Shown here: positions 9,779-19,739 of the stretch, piece by piece
Position numbering within the stretch: position 1 is the stretch's first letter
Layout of the letters: each line of letters starts with the position of its first letter
Source of the DNA: Anaerolineae bacterium
GTDB taxonomy: Bacteria; Chloroflexota; Anaerolineae; S140-20
DNA length: 64,000 bases
NCBI GenBank assembly: GCA_027021705.1
Contig: JALUTT010000099.1
Coordinates: 44,974 to 108,973 of the forward strand
Direction: 5' to 3'
Made by a program: the position numbers and the translations under genes
The notes under the pieces: generated by a model
Databases searched by the model: none
Told to the model about the DNA's origin: nothing
The model's input: only the letters and a program-made list of their open reading frames with translations

Positions 9779-12475
9779 CTACTGCTGAGTCGGGGGGAGG
9801 ATGCCCAGCTCGCGGGCGCGGACGGCTGCCTGAACGCGGGAGTCCACGTCCAGCTTGTGCAGGATATGGGAGACGTGGCTCTTGACCGTCTCCGGGCTGA
9901 TGACGAGCTGTTGGGCGATGGCCCGGTTGCTGGCCCCCGTAGCGATGAGGCGCAGGACCTCAAGCTCGCGGGGCGTGAGCAGGTGATGGGCCTCCAGGGA
10001 GTGGGCCGGCCGATGGCGGTCCTCGGCCCCAAACAAGTCCAACAGCGAGGCAACGAAAGATTTTTGGAGGCCCCGTTCCATAGCCAACCGGAGCAAGGGG
10101 ACCACCAAGGCCCCTTCCTTCAGGATGAGGCCCGGAGCCCGCTGTGCTTTGCTCTGGGCCAGCAAGGGGGCCCAACGGTCCAGCGCCGCCGAGGGATGGC
10201 CCCGCTCCAACAGGAGGCGGGCCAAGAGCGTCTGGGGGCTGCCGAAGAAGACGAGGGCAGGCTTTCCCTCCCCTTGCCGAACCGCTTGGCGCAGGGTGTG
10301 CTCGGCAGTCCCGTAATCTCCATCGGCCATCTCCAGCAAGCCGCGCATCATCAGGCGCAGTACCGAGGCCGAGGGGAACTCCCGCTCAACCGTCGCCGCT
10401 TCCATTCGATGATAGATCTGGCGGGCCTCCTCCAGCCGGCCTTGAAGCCAGCGGGTGCGCCCCAACAGGTAGAGGAAGCCGACGACGACCGCCTTGTCCA
10501 GGGGAGTCACCTCGATGTGGTGGAAGAGCCGCTCGAAGTAGCGGTCCGCCACGTCTTCCTCTCCTCGGATGGCGTGGACGACGGCCATCAGCGCCGCCAC
10601 GTCTGTCTCCAGGAAGGGATGCCCGCCCAAGGTCTCGCTCTTGGCCAGGGCGGCCTCGCCCAGCGCCACAGTCTGCGCCAGGCGGCCCCGCCAGAAGTGG
10701 ACAAAGGCCATCAACCCTTCCAGCAGCGCCCACAAGAGACCGGTCTGATCCCCCAGACGGGCCAGCGCATAGCGGTAGACCGTCTCGATCCGCTCAGGTC
10801 CGCCGGGGGGGAAGGTGGAAAAAGGGGATAGGTAGAGGATCAGGGTGCGCAGGCAATCGGAAGCGCCGGGCGGGTGGACGAGCGCCAGGGCGGCGTCGAA
10901 GTCGGCCAGGGCCTGGGCCTGATCTCCTTGGAAGAACCTCAAGTAGGCCCGCTCCATCAACAGCTGCACCCGGGTGGATGGGGAGATGGGGCAGGCCAGC
11001 GCTTGCTCGATCAGCGCGTTGCCTTCCTCCAAATCGGCCTCCAGGAGAGCACAGGCGGCCAGATCGCCCAGGACCTCTCCACAGCCGGCCCGGTCGCCGG
11101 CGGCCTCGGCGCCTCGCAGGGCCTCGGTCAACAGCGCCCGGGCCTCCTCCGCGTTTCCCTGCTGCCAGGCGCAGACCCCCAGGAAGTAGGTCAGCCGAGG
11201 ATGGGCCTCACGAACCGAGGGAGGCAGCGCCTCGATCAGGGAGGTGAGCGTGCTCAGCATCCCCTGCCACAGCAACTCCTCGCCCACCTGCTCGATGAGC
11301 CGAGCGGCTTCCTCCCCCATCGCCGCCGCCAGGTAGTGGCCGATGGCCCGGTGGGGCTGCTCCGCCTCCAGGGCCCGGGCCGCCCGCCGATGGAGTGTCG
11401 CCATCCGCTCCGGCTCCTCTCGCTCCAAGCGCCGGCGGAGGAACTGGGCGAAGAGGGCGTGGTAGCGGAAGGCGGTGCGGGCCTCGTCCAGGGCGACCAT
11501 GAAGAGGCTCCGCCGGTCCAGCTCTTCCAGAATCGCCTGGGCATCGGTTCGCCCCGTCACCGCGTTGCACAGGGAGGCCGTCAGCTCCTCCAAGATGGAA
11601 GTCTCCAACAGAAAGGTGCGCACTTCCTCCTGCTGGTGCTCCAGCACTTCCTCGGCCAGGAAGTCGAAGACGTAGCGGTCCGTGTGGGCGAAGTGGGCGA
11701 TGAAGGCGGCGCGGCTTGCCGACGCGGGGATGCGACCGAGGGAGTCGGCCAGCAGGCGCAGCCCCGCCGGCCAGCCCTCCGTGCGCCCCTGGAGCAGACG
11801 CAACTCCTCCCCGGAGAGCCCCAACCCCCGCTTCCCGTTGAGGAAGGCCGCCGACTCCTCCAGGGGGAAGCGCAGGTCTGGGACCCGCAGCTCCAGCATC
11901 TCCCCCTGGGCCCGCAGCCGTGCCAGGGAGAGGGGGGGATCGTGACGGGTGGCGATCACCAGGTGCATCGTCGGGGGCATGCGGTGCAGCAGGTAGTCCA
12001 GCGCCACGTAGACCATCGGCTCGGTCACCCGGTGGAGGTCGTCCAGCACCAGGGCGAAGGGCTCCGACATCACCTCGGCGATCTCGTTGATCAGGACGCC
12101 GATAACCCGCTGCACCGGGAACCCTGGGGCGGGGAACTGGGGCAACTCCCGCAGCAGCGCGTGGACCGTTGCCCCGCAGCGGGGGTCCAGCCGCTGCAGG
12201 GCCGCGACCAGGTAGGCCAGGAAGAGCGCCGGATCGTTCTCGCCTTCATCCAGGCTCAACCAGGCCAGGGGGAGATCGGGAAACGAGGCCACCAGGTTGG
12301 TCAACAGGGTCGTCTTGCCATAACCGGCGGGGGCAGAGAGGAGGATGAGCCGATGGGAGCGCAGCCCCTCCCGCAGCCTCGCGAGCAGGCGCTCACGGAG
12401 GATCAGATCGCTCCGCAGGGCGGGCGGGTGGAGCTTGGTCTGAACCAGCCAGACGGACCGCTTCAGGGCTTCCAT
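9779..12475 (-). CDS. MalT-like (LAL) LuxR-family transcriptional regulator
   Basis: TKLHPP, Walker A APAGYGKTT, LVLDDLH, TEGWPAGL, FRYHALF, TPR region, C-terminal LTPRELEVL...SPETVKSH HTH. Confidence 0.92.
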   Translation of the reverse strand: MEALKRSVWLVQTKLHPPALRSDLILRERLLARLREGLRSHRLILLSAPAGYGKTTLLTNLVASFPDLPLAWLSLDEGENDPALFLAYLVAALQRLDPRCGATVHALLRELPQFPAPGFPVQRVIGVLINEIAEVMSEPFALVLDDLHRVTEPMVYVALDYLLHRMPPTMHLVIATRHDPPLSLARLRAQGEMLELRVPDLRFPLEESAAFLNGKRGLGLSGEELRLLQGRTEGWPAGLRLLADSLGRIPASASRAAFIAHFAHTDRYVFDFLAEEVLEHQQEEVRTFLLETSILEELTASLCNAVTGRTDAQAILEELDRRSLFMVALDEARTAFRYHALFAQFLRRRLEREEPERMATLHRRAARALEAEQPHRAIGHYLAAAMGEEAARLIEQVGEELLWQGMLSTLTSLIEALPPSVREAHPRLTYFLGVCAWQQGNAEEARALLTEALRGAEAAGDRAGCGEVLGDLAACALLEADLEEGNALIEQALACPISPSTRVQLLMERAYLRFFQGDQAQALADFDAALALVHPPGASDCLRTLILYLSPFSTFPPGGPERIETVYRYALARLGDQTGLLWALLEGLMAFVHFWRGRLAQTVALGEAALAKSETLGGHPFLETDVAALMAVVHAIRGEEDVADRYFERLFHHIEVTPLDKAVVVGFLYLLGRTRWLQGRLEEARQIYHRMEAATVEREFPSASVLRLMMRGLLEMADGDYGTAEHTLRQAVRQGEGKPALVFFGSPQTLLARLLLERGHPSAALDRWAPLLAQSKAQRAPGLILKEGALVVPLLRLAMERGLQKSFVASLLDLFGAEDRHRPAHSLEAHHLLTPRELEVLRLIATGASNRAIAQQLVISPETVKSHVSHILHKLDVDSRVQAAVRARELGILPPTQQ

Positions 12476-12651
12476 GGAGGCTATCTTTCTCGGCGGCGTT
12501 ACCGACAGGCTGGAGCCATTTTATCACACTTCTCGGCAATTTCCAAGGCCCCTACGGGTGGAGGAAGGCCGAGGGTCCCGGCCAGCGAACGGCGGGAACA
12601 AGCGAGGAACGATGGGGGGAGGAATGCGCTCGTCCATTGTCGTGAGTCCTG

Positions 12652-14637
12652 CTACGGGGCCGGTGGCCGCTCCACCCAATAGACAAGGAAGAGCAGCCGG
12701 CCGTCGGCCGTCGAACGGAAGGCGCGGGGAGGCCCTCCCGGATAGCGGGCCTGGGCCGCGTTCAGTTCGCCGGCCCGCTCCGCCAGGAGGACGACGAGGT
12801 CGGGCGGCGGCGCGTCCGGCGGAACGGTCTGCTCGCTGTTGGCCGGCGGCACGTCCACCCCCCGCGCGTGGGGAGCCAGGAAGCGCAGTGAGCCGAAGTC
12901 AGCGTACATAAAGGGTGGGCCGTAGAAGTAAAAGACGGGCCGTCCCTCCTGGGCCGCCAGGTAGCGCCCCAACTCCGTGGCCACCTCCGCCGTCGGATTG
13001 CCGTAGACCCGGCTGGGCGTGTAGTCGAAGAAGTAGTAGCGCCCGTTGAGGAAGGTCACGACGATCAGCACCAGGACCAGGCCCCGCCGCCAGGCCCGGC
13101 GCGACCCGCCCAGCAGCCGCCGGCCCAGCGCAGCCACCCCGACGAGCCCCAAGGCGGCGAAGGTCGCCACAACGGGCGTGATGCCCAGCATCCGCATGCT
13201 GCTGGGCGGATTCTCCGTCAGCACCCACCCCGCCAGGAGGGCCAGCCAGAACCAGAGGAGGAGGAGCTGGTAGCGCCGCTCCCGCCAGTGAACCATCGCC
13301 CAGAGCAGCCCCAGGGGGAAGAAGAGGCCGCTGAGCAGGTCCAGGAGGGGGATGCGGGCCCGGTACCAGAAGGTGGGATCGGTGGTGTAGTTGAAGGCGG
13401 TGACGGCCTTGCGGAACTGCTGCCAGAGCAGCGCGGCGGCGCTCTGGCCCGTCTTCTCCACCTCGCGGGCCAGCCAGCCCGAGGGGAAGATGCCCACCTG
13501 GTTGTAACGGGCGGTGAGGGTGTCGGGGTGGTGGACGTAGTAGAGCAACAGGGGCGAGGCGACGAGGAAGGCCACCGCCAGGAGGACGATCAGCCCCCGT
13601 CTGTGCCGGCCGAATTCGGAGTCCGTCAGGGCCTGCAGGCCGACCCAGGCCGCGCCGATGATGGGGATGATGCGGGCGCCGAAGTAGCCGTACCAGCCGG
13701 CCCCCATAGCCAGCCCGGCGAGGAGGAAGGGCCAGAGGGCGTCGTCCCGCCGCCGACGCTTCCCCAGCGCCTCGGCCAGAGGCCAGAAGGCGAGGGTGGC
13801 GAAGAAGGGGTCGGCGATCTGGTTGGAGCCCAGCCGGCTGAAGTGGAGGTGGTAGTGGTTGAAGGCGAGCAGGGCCAGGGTGACCAGGGCGATCCGGCGA
13901 CCGAAGAGCTGCCGGACCAGCAGGTAGGTGAGGAGCAGGGTCGCCGTGCCGATCAGCGCCGAGAGCATGCGCAGGCCGGCCACGCTCCGCCCGAAGAGGC
14001 GGAGGGAGAGGGCCTGGGCGAAGAAGGACATGGTGGGCACGGAGAACCAGCCGGTGGCGAAGGGGTTGCGTAGCCGGCCCTCCAGCACGTCCACCGCTGC
14101 CATCCCCTGAGTCCCTTCATCGCCCCCCAGGTTGGCCGGGATGTGCTCCAGGTCCCAGGCCCGCAGGAAGAAGCCGACCAGGACGAGAGCTAAGACCAGC
14201 CCCCACGCCGGCGAGGAGCGGAGGCCCGCCCTCGGCCGGCGGAGGCCTCCCCCCGGCACCCTGGTGACCGCCGCGATGAAGAGACCAACGCTCAGCAGCC
14301 AGAGGAGGACGACGGGGCGAAAGTCCGAGGGGGGCGGCGTCGCATTGGCCGCCCGGGCCGCCCAGACGTTCAGGACCAAGGACCAGAGGAGCGCGGCCAC
14401 CCGCAGCGGATGGGCCGCCACCCAGCGGGAGAACCCCGTTGCCGGGGGACGGGGTCGGCTGGACCTGAGCCCGAGCCGCCGCCAGGCCAGGAGCAGGAGC
14501 AGCAGCCCCAGCAGGTGGAAGGCCACGCCGTCCCAGAAGTAGTCGCGTCGGTGGAAGAAGTAGACCTGGCCCAGGAGGGCCAGCGCCAGCCCTCCCAGGA
14601 GCAGCAAGCCCGTCGCCAAGCTCCCTCGACGGCTCAC
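12652..14637 (-). CDS. Membrane glycosyltransferase, GT39/ArnT-PMT family
   Basis: Multi-TM, 'LR..DL..IP..L.GDE' loop, RMLSALIG, H.HFSR. Confidence 0.85.
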   Translation of the reverse strand: MSRRGSLATGLLLLGGLALALLGQVYFFHRRDYFWDGVAFHLLGLLLLLLAWRRLGLRSSRPRPPATGFSRWVAAHPLRVAALLWSLVLNVWAARAANATPPPSDFRPVVLLWLLSVGLFIAAVTRVPGGGLRRPRAGLRSSPAWGLVLALVLVGFFLRAWDLEHIPANLGGDEGTQGMAAVDVLEGRLRNPFATGWFSVPTMSFFAQALSLRLFGRSVAGLRMLSALIGTATLLLTYLLVRQLFGRRIALVTLALLAFNHYHLHFSRLGSNQIADPFFATLAFWPLAEALGKRRRRDDALWPFLLAGLAMGAGWYGYFGARIIPIIGAAWVGLQALTDSEFGRHRRGLIVLLAVAFLVASPLLLYYVHHPDTLTARYNQVGIFPSGWLAREVEKTGQSAAALLWQQFRKAVTAFNYTTDPTFWYRARIPLLDLLSGLFFPLGLLWAMVHWRERRYQLLLLWFWLALLAGWVLTENPPSSMRMLGITPVVATFAALGLVGVAALGRRLLGGSRRAWRRGLVLVLIVVTFLNGRYYFFDYTPSRVYGNPTAEVATELGRYLAAQEGRPVFYFYGPPFMYADFGSLRFLAPHARGVDVPPANSEQTVPPDAPPPDLVVLLAERAGELNAAQARYPGGPPRAFRSTADGRLLFLVYWVERPPAP

Positions 14638-15296
14638 CGACTCCCCCCCTTGAATCGCCTGACCCGCTCCTCGATCTCCGCCACGATCTCCCGCAATGCC
14701 GTCATATCCCCTTCGCCCACGTATTCGGCCAGGATGTCGAGCAACCGCTCCATATCGGGCTCGTATTCGTACACCAGCACCGCGACATCATTCTCGTACA
14801 GCCCCACCCGCACGAAGTCCCCCTGCCGATACAACGAGGGCAGCGCGTACAGCTTGAGCAACAACAGCCCTTCGACCGTCGCCAAGGGAACGCCTTGGCC
14901 CAAGAGTCGCTCCCGCCTCACGTACTCGCGTTGCACCCGCCGGAACAACGGATTGTCGGTGAGCAGGAAATCCACCCGCAACCCTTGAAACCTCCCCCGT
15001 GCGAAGTAGACATCTCGCTCAGCGATCTCGATCTCCGGCAGCCTGTCCAAATCCTCTCCGGCGATGATGAGGTCCAGATCCTGGGTGTTACGCCCCTTCA
15101 CATAGTGAAGCAGCGCAACGCCGCCCACCAAAGCATAGTCCACTTGCCGCTCTGCCAACAACGCAAAGAACCGTGTGACCGCTTCGACAGGAGAGCCCTC
15201 GACCGTTGACGGCATCGCTTCCCGACTCCAGTTCTGAGGATTGAAGAAATGCGCGTTCTGGACAACACGACCGATCTCTTCAACCGTCTTGAGCAT
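14634..15296 (-). CDS. Nucleotidyltransferase-fold protein (MNT/AbiEii-like)
   Basis: LVGGVAL...RNTQDLDL (GG...DxD) and 'EGLLLLKL' motifs. Confidence 0.65.
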   Translation of the reverse strand: MLKTVEEIGRVVQNAHFFNPQNWSREAMPSTVEGSPVEAVTRFFALLAERQVDYALVGGVALLHYVKGRNTQDLDLIIAGEDLDRLPEIEIAERDVYFARGRFQGLRVDFLLTDNPLFRRVQREYVRRERLLGQGVPLATVEGLLLLKLYALPSLYRQGDFVRVGLYENDVAVLVYEYEPDMERLLDILAEYVGEGDMTALREIVAEIEERVRRFKGGSR

Positions 15297-15305
15297 GGCC
15301 ATCCC

Positions 15306-16097
15306 TCAGCCGGAGGTAGGTTTCCGGGCCACGAAGAAGGTGTAAGCGCCGGGGTTCGCCGGGGGTTCCTCGTAGAAGCGCCGCACCAGCCGCTCCGTCA
15401 GCCAGAGGTTGGCCCGCGAGGGCCAGAGCACCCAGCGTCCGGCGAGCTTCTTGGCCACCAGCGCCGGCAGCCCCAGGTAGTGGCCCCACTCCAGGGCCGT
15501 CAGCGCCCCCGGCGAGAAGTAGGACCAGTGGCGCTCCAGCACCAGGCCGGCCCGGGCCAGCCGCGCCTCCCAGACCGCCGGGGGATCGCAGTGGTAGTGG
15601 CGGGAGATGCGGTTGAAAAAGCGCCGATAGCGGTCCCCCAGAGGCCGCAGCCCCACCCGGTCCAGCATCCGTCCAACGGAGAGGAAGGCGAGGAAATGCT
15701 CCCCCGGCACGCAGAAGTAAAAGGGGCCGCCGGGGCGCAGGACCCGGGCGACCTCGTTCAGGACCGCCTGGACATCGGGGATGTGTTCCAGCACCGAGTT
15801 GCTGACCACGGTGCCGAAGTGGCCATCGGGAAAGGGCATCCGGGCCCCGTCGGCCTGGACAAGGACGCGGTAGACCCGGCGGTCGTGGGCCTCGCGCAGG
15901 GGCCGCCACCAGGGGTCCAGGCCGACCTCCGGCGGCTCCGGGAAGGCCAGGGAGGCGAAGTGACCATCGCCGCAGCCCAGGTCGAGGACGGGCCGGGGGA
16001 GGGGTAGGTCGGCGTAGAAGCGGGCCTCCACGGCCCGCAGCAAAGCGCGGAAGGCCGGCACCTCTCGCAAGTGACGCCACAGTAGATCTTCGGGCAC
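15306..16097 (-). CDS. Class I SAM-dependent methyltransferase
   Basis: VLDLGCGDG, SNSVLEHIPD, RVLRPGG. Confidence 0.9.
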   Translation of the reverse strand: MPEDLLWRHLREVPAFRALLRAVEARFYADLPLPRPVLDLGCGDGHFASLAFPEPPEVGLDPWWRPLREAHDRRVYRVLVQADGARMPFPDGHFGTVVSNSVLEHIPDVQAVLNEVARVLRPGGPFYFCVPGEHFLAFLSVGRMLDRVGLRPLGDRYRRFFNRISRHYHCDPPAVWEARLARAGLVLERHWSYFSPGALTALEWGHYLGLPALVAKKLAGRWVLWPSRANLWLTERLVRRFYEEPPANPGAYTFFVARKPTSG

Positions 16098-16145
16098 TGC
16101 AGTCTATCTCCCCACGCGGTTTGACGAACCTGTAAAGCAAGGATA

Positions 16146-16345
16146 GCTGTCAGCGGATTTGAGAACGGATTGAGCGGATAAGAGACAATCGCTCCACAAA
16201 CGGCTTCTCGAAATCCGTTTGATGAGGTAGTAGCGGCCTGGTGGCCTAGCGGCCTAGCACTTCATCAAAGGTGATCCCGACTGGTTGGACCACCCCCTAT
16301 GGGGGCGCTCCTTCCGCTCAATCCGCTCCCTTAATCCGTTGACAG
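16146..16345. mobile_element. MITE-like element B with about 34-bp terminal inverted repeats
   Basis: Left arm GCTGTCAGCGGATTTGAGAACGGATTGAGCGGA, right arm TCCGCTCAATCCGCTCCCTTAATCCGTTGACAGC; related copies at 21951-22125 and 22146-22230. Confidence 0.65.
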
Positions 16346-16496
16346 CAGTCCGTTTTGAAGCGGATAACTGTTAGCGGTTTACCTGGGGTGACCGGATGAC
16401 AGATTTGACGAGTTCGTAAAGCAAGGTATAATTTTGGAATGAGGCCGTCCACCCTCTCCAAAGCCTGGGGATGCATCCCCAGAAAGCAGGCACCCG

Positions 16497-16763
16497 ATGT
16501 CCAAGACAATCGCCCAACAAGCCCTCTCCCGCTACCTCGACCAGGTGATAGACGAGGTGGCCGAAGGCCGCGAGACCTACATCATCGAGGTCTCCGGACA
16601 ACCCAAGGTCGTCATCCTGAGCCTGGACGAATACAAGCAACTCCGAGCAAGGGCCTTCGAGGCCCCATCTCCACCCGCCCGTATCATCAGCCCCCGGCTG
16701 GCAGACCCATCTCAGGCTAAGGACTTTGAACTGGAAGTCGTGGAGGAGGACATCTATGCCTAA
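16497..16763 (+). CDS. Phd/YefM family antitoxin
   Basis: 88 aa, 'L.QVIDEV..GRETYII...GQPKVVILSLDEY' Phd signature. Confidence 0.8.
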   Translation: MSKTIAQQALSRYLDQVIDEVAEGRETYIIEVSGQPKVVILSLDEYKQLRARAFEAPSPPARIISPRLADPSQAKDFELEVVEEDIYA

Positions 16764-17148
16764 CTACGACTCCGAGCACTTTGCACCTCCGGCTCCAATA
16801 GCCTGGGTCAGCCTGATCAACCCCAACACCGGGCAATCCCTTCAAGCCATCCCTATGCTGATGGACACGGGTGCTGACATCACACTGGTGCCTGCCAAAG
16901 CCTTGCGAGACCTGGGTGTGGACACACTCCCGGACTTGTACGCTCTAGAGGGCTTCAACGGCACCCGCGTGATGGCTCCGACTGCCTACTTGAGCCTCCG
17001 CCTCCTAGGCCGGACCTTCTATGGCCGTTTTGTGACCATAGACCAAGAGATAGGCATCCTGGGCCGGAATGTCCTGAACCACCTCGCGCTGCTTCTGGAT
17101 GGGCCTCGGCTATCCTGGCAACTCCTCCCGGTGTCTCCCACCGAGTGA
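16756..17148 (+). CDS. Retropepsin-like (clan AA) aspartyl protease
   Basis: LMDTGADIT catalytic motif and C-terminal ILGRNVL; ATG overlaps the antitoxin end. Confidence 0.85.
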   Translation: MPNYDSEHFAPPAPIAWVSLINPNTGQSLQAIPMLMDTGADITLVPAKALRDLGVDTLPDLYALEGFNGTRVMAPTAYLSLRLLGRTFYGRFVTIDQEIGILGRNVLNHLALLLDGPRLSWQLLPVSPTE

Positions 17149-17160
17149 GCGTTGACCGCC

Positions 17161-17413
17161 ACCCTCCCATAGGCCGCGCAATGCCCAGAGGCTAACGCAG
17201 CTCATCGAAGCCCCCCACAACGCCCTTTACCCTCCCGCAGGCCCCCCGATGCCCAAAGACCAACGTGGTCATCGAAGCCCCCCACAACGCACTGCAAGCC
17301 CGTGGATAGGACCTGCGGGAGGGCAGGCCCCCCGATGCCCAAAGACCAACGTGGTCATCGAAGCCCCCCACAACGCACTGCAAGCTCGTGGATAGGACCT
17401 GCGGGAGGGCAGG
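17161..17413. repeat. 86-bp tandem duplication plus degenerate third unit with CCCTCCCGCAGG/CCTGCGGGAGGG inverted ends
   Basis: GCAGG register at 17237, 17323, 17409; CATCGAAGCCCCCCACAACGC occurs three times. Confidence 0.85.
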
Positions 17414-17420
17414 TCGTTGT

Positions 17421-18488
17421 TCAGGTCTTCTCCAGGAAAAAGATGTACTCGTGCTTGAAGACGTAGAACCCCCCCGCCAAGGCCCGGTAGCGCCAGAGGG
17501 CCTCCTGGGACCGCTTCCCCCGTGTCCCCTCGAAGTTCTTGACCACGATGCTCTTCAGCCGAAAGCCCACGGCCAGCGCCTCCTGCATCCCGTAGAAGCC
17601 CAACGGAATCCACTCCCCCCGGACATACTTGTCCCCTATCACCACGACCATGAACCGCCCCGGCTCCAGAAGGGGATAGACGTGCTCCACCGCCTGCCGC
17701 CACCGGGCCAGGAAGGCTTCGACGCTGGGCGCGGCGCTCAGGTCCCGGGGATCGTCGCTGAAGCGGATGATGTCGTGGTAGGGGGGATGCATCACGACCA
17801 ACTGAAAGCGCCGGACAGGCAGTCGGTCCAGGTCGAAGCTCGTCGCATCCCCCACGATGAGGGGGGTCTGCACATCGTAGGGGTTGGGCTCCTGGGCGAC
17901 GCGGGCCTCCGCCCGGCGGGCCACCTCCGGGTTGAGCTCAATCCCCACGCCGTGCCGGCCCAGCCGGCGGCACTCGATGAGCGTCGTGCCGCTGCCCACG
18001 AAGGGGTCCAACACCCACTCGCCCCGCCGGGTGAAGCGCCACATCGCCTGACGGGGGATCTGAGGCACGAAGTTGCCCCAGTACCAGGCCAGGTGAGCAC
18101 CGCTGGAGTCCCGCCGGTCAATGAGCCAGAGGCTGTCCGTCAGGACCTCCTCGTACTCCTGCCAGCGGTTCAGGTTGATCTCGTTGATGGGCTTGGTGCG
18201 CCGCTCGGTCAGCGCCCGGCGCAGCCGTCGGAGGTAGTAGCCCGCCCGCTCCCGCGTGTAGGCCGCCTCCGCCTGGGCAAGCTGCCGGTCCAGCAGGTCC
18301 AGCCGCACCGCCTCGACGTCGGTGTCGGCCGGCGTCGCCACCACCCCCAGCGGGTCCGCCGGGTCCTGGAGGGCCGCCCGCAGCCCACGCACCCGCTCCC
18401 GTAGCTCCGCCAGCGCCTCCACCCCCAAGAGCTCGTCCAACAGCGCCGCCAGCCGGCTCACGCGCAGGGGAACCCGCTGCCCATCCAC
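17421..18488 (-). CDS. Amino (N4C/N6A)-type DNA methyltransferase-like protein, orphan
   Basis: GNFVPQIP, VLDPFVGSGTT (motif I), MHPPY (motif IV variant), KHEYIF. Confidence 0.8.
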   Translation of the reverse strand: MDGQRVPLRVSRLAALLDELLGVEALAELRERVRGLRAALQDPADPLGVVATPADTDVEAVRLDLLDRQLAQAEAAYTRERAGYYLRRLRRALTERRTKPINEINLNRWQEYEEVLTDSLWLIDRRDSSGAHLAWYWGNFVPQIPRQAMWRFTRRGEWVLDPFVGSGTTLIECRRLGRHGVGIELNPEVARRAEARVAQEPNPYDVQTPLIVGDATSFDLDRLPVRRFQLVVMHPPYHDIIRFSDDPRDLSAAPSVEAFLARWRQAVEHVYPLLEPGRFMVVVIGDKYVRGEWIPLGFYGMQEALAVGFRLKSIVVKNFEGTRGKRSQEALWRYRALAGGFYVFKHEYIFFLEKT

Positions 18489-18566
18489 GCCCCGCTCCTC
18501 GCAACGGCGACCGCCGACGGCAAGCCGCCGACCACCAACGGCGCAGCACGCAACGTGCAGTGCGCC

Positions 18567-19727
18567 TCACGCCTCCCGTTTCCCATCCAGCAGCTCCCGG
18601 AACAACGCTTCGTACCCCTGGGCCGTCCGCTCGGTGCTGAAGCGGGCCTCGATCTCCTCCCGGGGCCGCACGTACCGCTCCCGCTCCCGCAGGACGCGCA
18701 GGATGGCCTCCGCCAGGGAATCGGCGTCCGCCACAGGCACCACCTCCCCCATCCCCGTCTGGTAGACGGGCTGACGCACGCCGGGCAGGTCCGAGGCTAC
18801 CGAGGGGGTGCCGCACAGCATCGCCTCGACTTGGACCAACCCGAAGGACTCGGTGGAGTTGAGGCTGGGCAGGACCAGCACGTCGCTGTTGGCGTAGAAG
18901 ACGGCCATCTCCTCCGGGTTGAGGACGCCCAGAAACTCCCAGTGGTCCCGGTACCGCTCGAGGAGAGGGGCCAGCCGGCGGGCGTAAGCCTCCTCGCCTA
19001 GGACGTTCCGGTACTGCCCGGCGAAGAGGACCCGGGCGTTGGGGAACTCCTCCAGGATGCGGGGCAGCGCGTACAGCAGGTACTCCACCCCCTTCTCCGT
19101 CGCCAGCCGGGCCGCCATCCCGATGACCCGATGGCCGTTGAGGCTGTGGCGCTGGGCGAAGGCGGCGACCGCTTCGGGCCGGGGATGGGGGATCTCCACC
19201 GGCGGCGGGATCACCCGCACCTTGTGGTAGAAGCGAGAGAGGTAGGGGGAGTGGCGGGCGAAGTCCTCGGTGTAGGCGACGATGACATCGGCCAGGCGGC
19301 CGGCCAGGTCGTTCATCACATCCACAACCCGGTTGACGAAGCGGTTGAAGAGGCCGGGGGGTAGGGAGAGGTCGCAGTGGTAGGTCAGCGTCGTCGGCTT
19401 GCCCATCAGCCGGCCGCGCAGGGCGACGCCGGCCGCGTCGAACTGGGGCAGGTGCAAGCTAATCACGTCGTGCTGCCGCACCAGCCGGGTGGCCAGCAGC
19501 CCGAAGGTGGGCATAATCACCCCCTTGCTGACGCGGAAGAGGACCGGAGCCCGCACCACCCGCACCCCATCCCGAACCTCCTCGCGGGGCAGCGTGCGGT
19601 CGTACTGGGAGGTCAGCACCGTCACCGTGTGGCCGCGCCGGGCCATCGCCCGGGCCAGCCGCTCCACGTAGATGGTCAGCCCGCTCACGTGGGGCCGGTA
19701 ATAAGTCAGGACAAAGAGAATACGCAT
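18567..19727 (-). CDS. Glycosyltransferase family 4
   Basis: ARL..EKG, VLPS...ESFGLVQVEAM (EX7E). Confidence 0.92.
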   Translation of the reverse strand: MRILFVLTYYRPHVSGLTIYVERLARAMARRGHTVTVLTSQYDRTLPREEVRDGVRVVRAPVLFRVSKGVIMPTFGLLATRLVRQHDVISLHLPQFDAAGVALRGRLMGKPTTLTYHCDLSLPPGLFNRFVNRVVDVMNDLAGRLADVIVAYTEDFARHSPYLSRFYHKVRVIPPPVEIPHPRPEAVAAFAQRHSLNGHRVIGMAARLATEKGVEYLLYALPRILEEFPNARVLFAGQYRNVLGEEAYARRLAPLLERYRDHWEFLGVLNPEEMAVFYANSDVLVLPSLNSTESFGLVQVEAMLCGTPSVASDLPGVRQPVYQTGMGEVVPVADADSLAEAILRVLRERERYVRPREEIEARFSTERTAQGYEALFRELLDGKREA

Positions 19728-19739
19728 CCCTCGTTTCCC

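Noticed and set aside
17421..18488. Complete restriction-modification system
   Set aside because: No neighbouring endonuclease or specificity subunit
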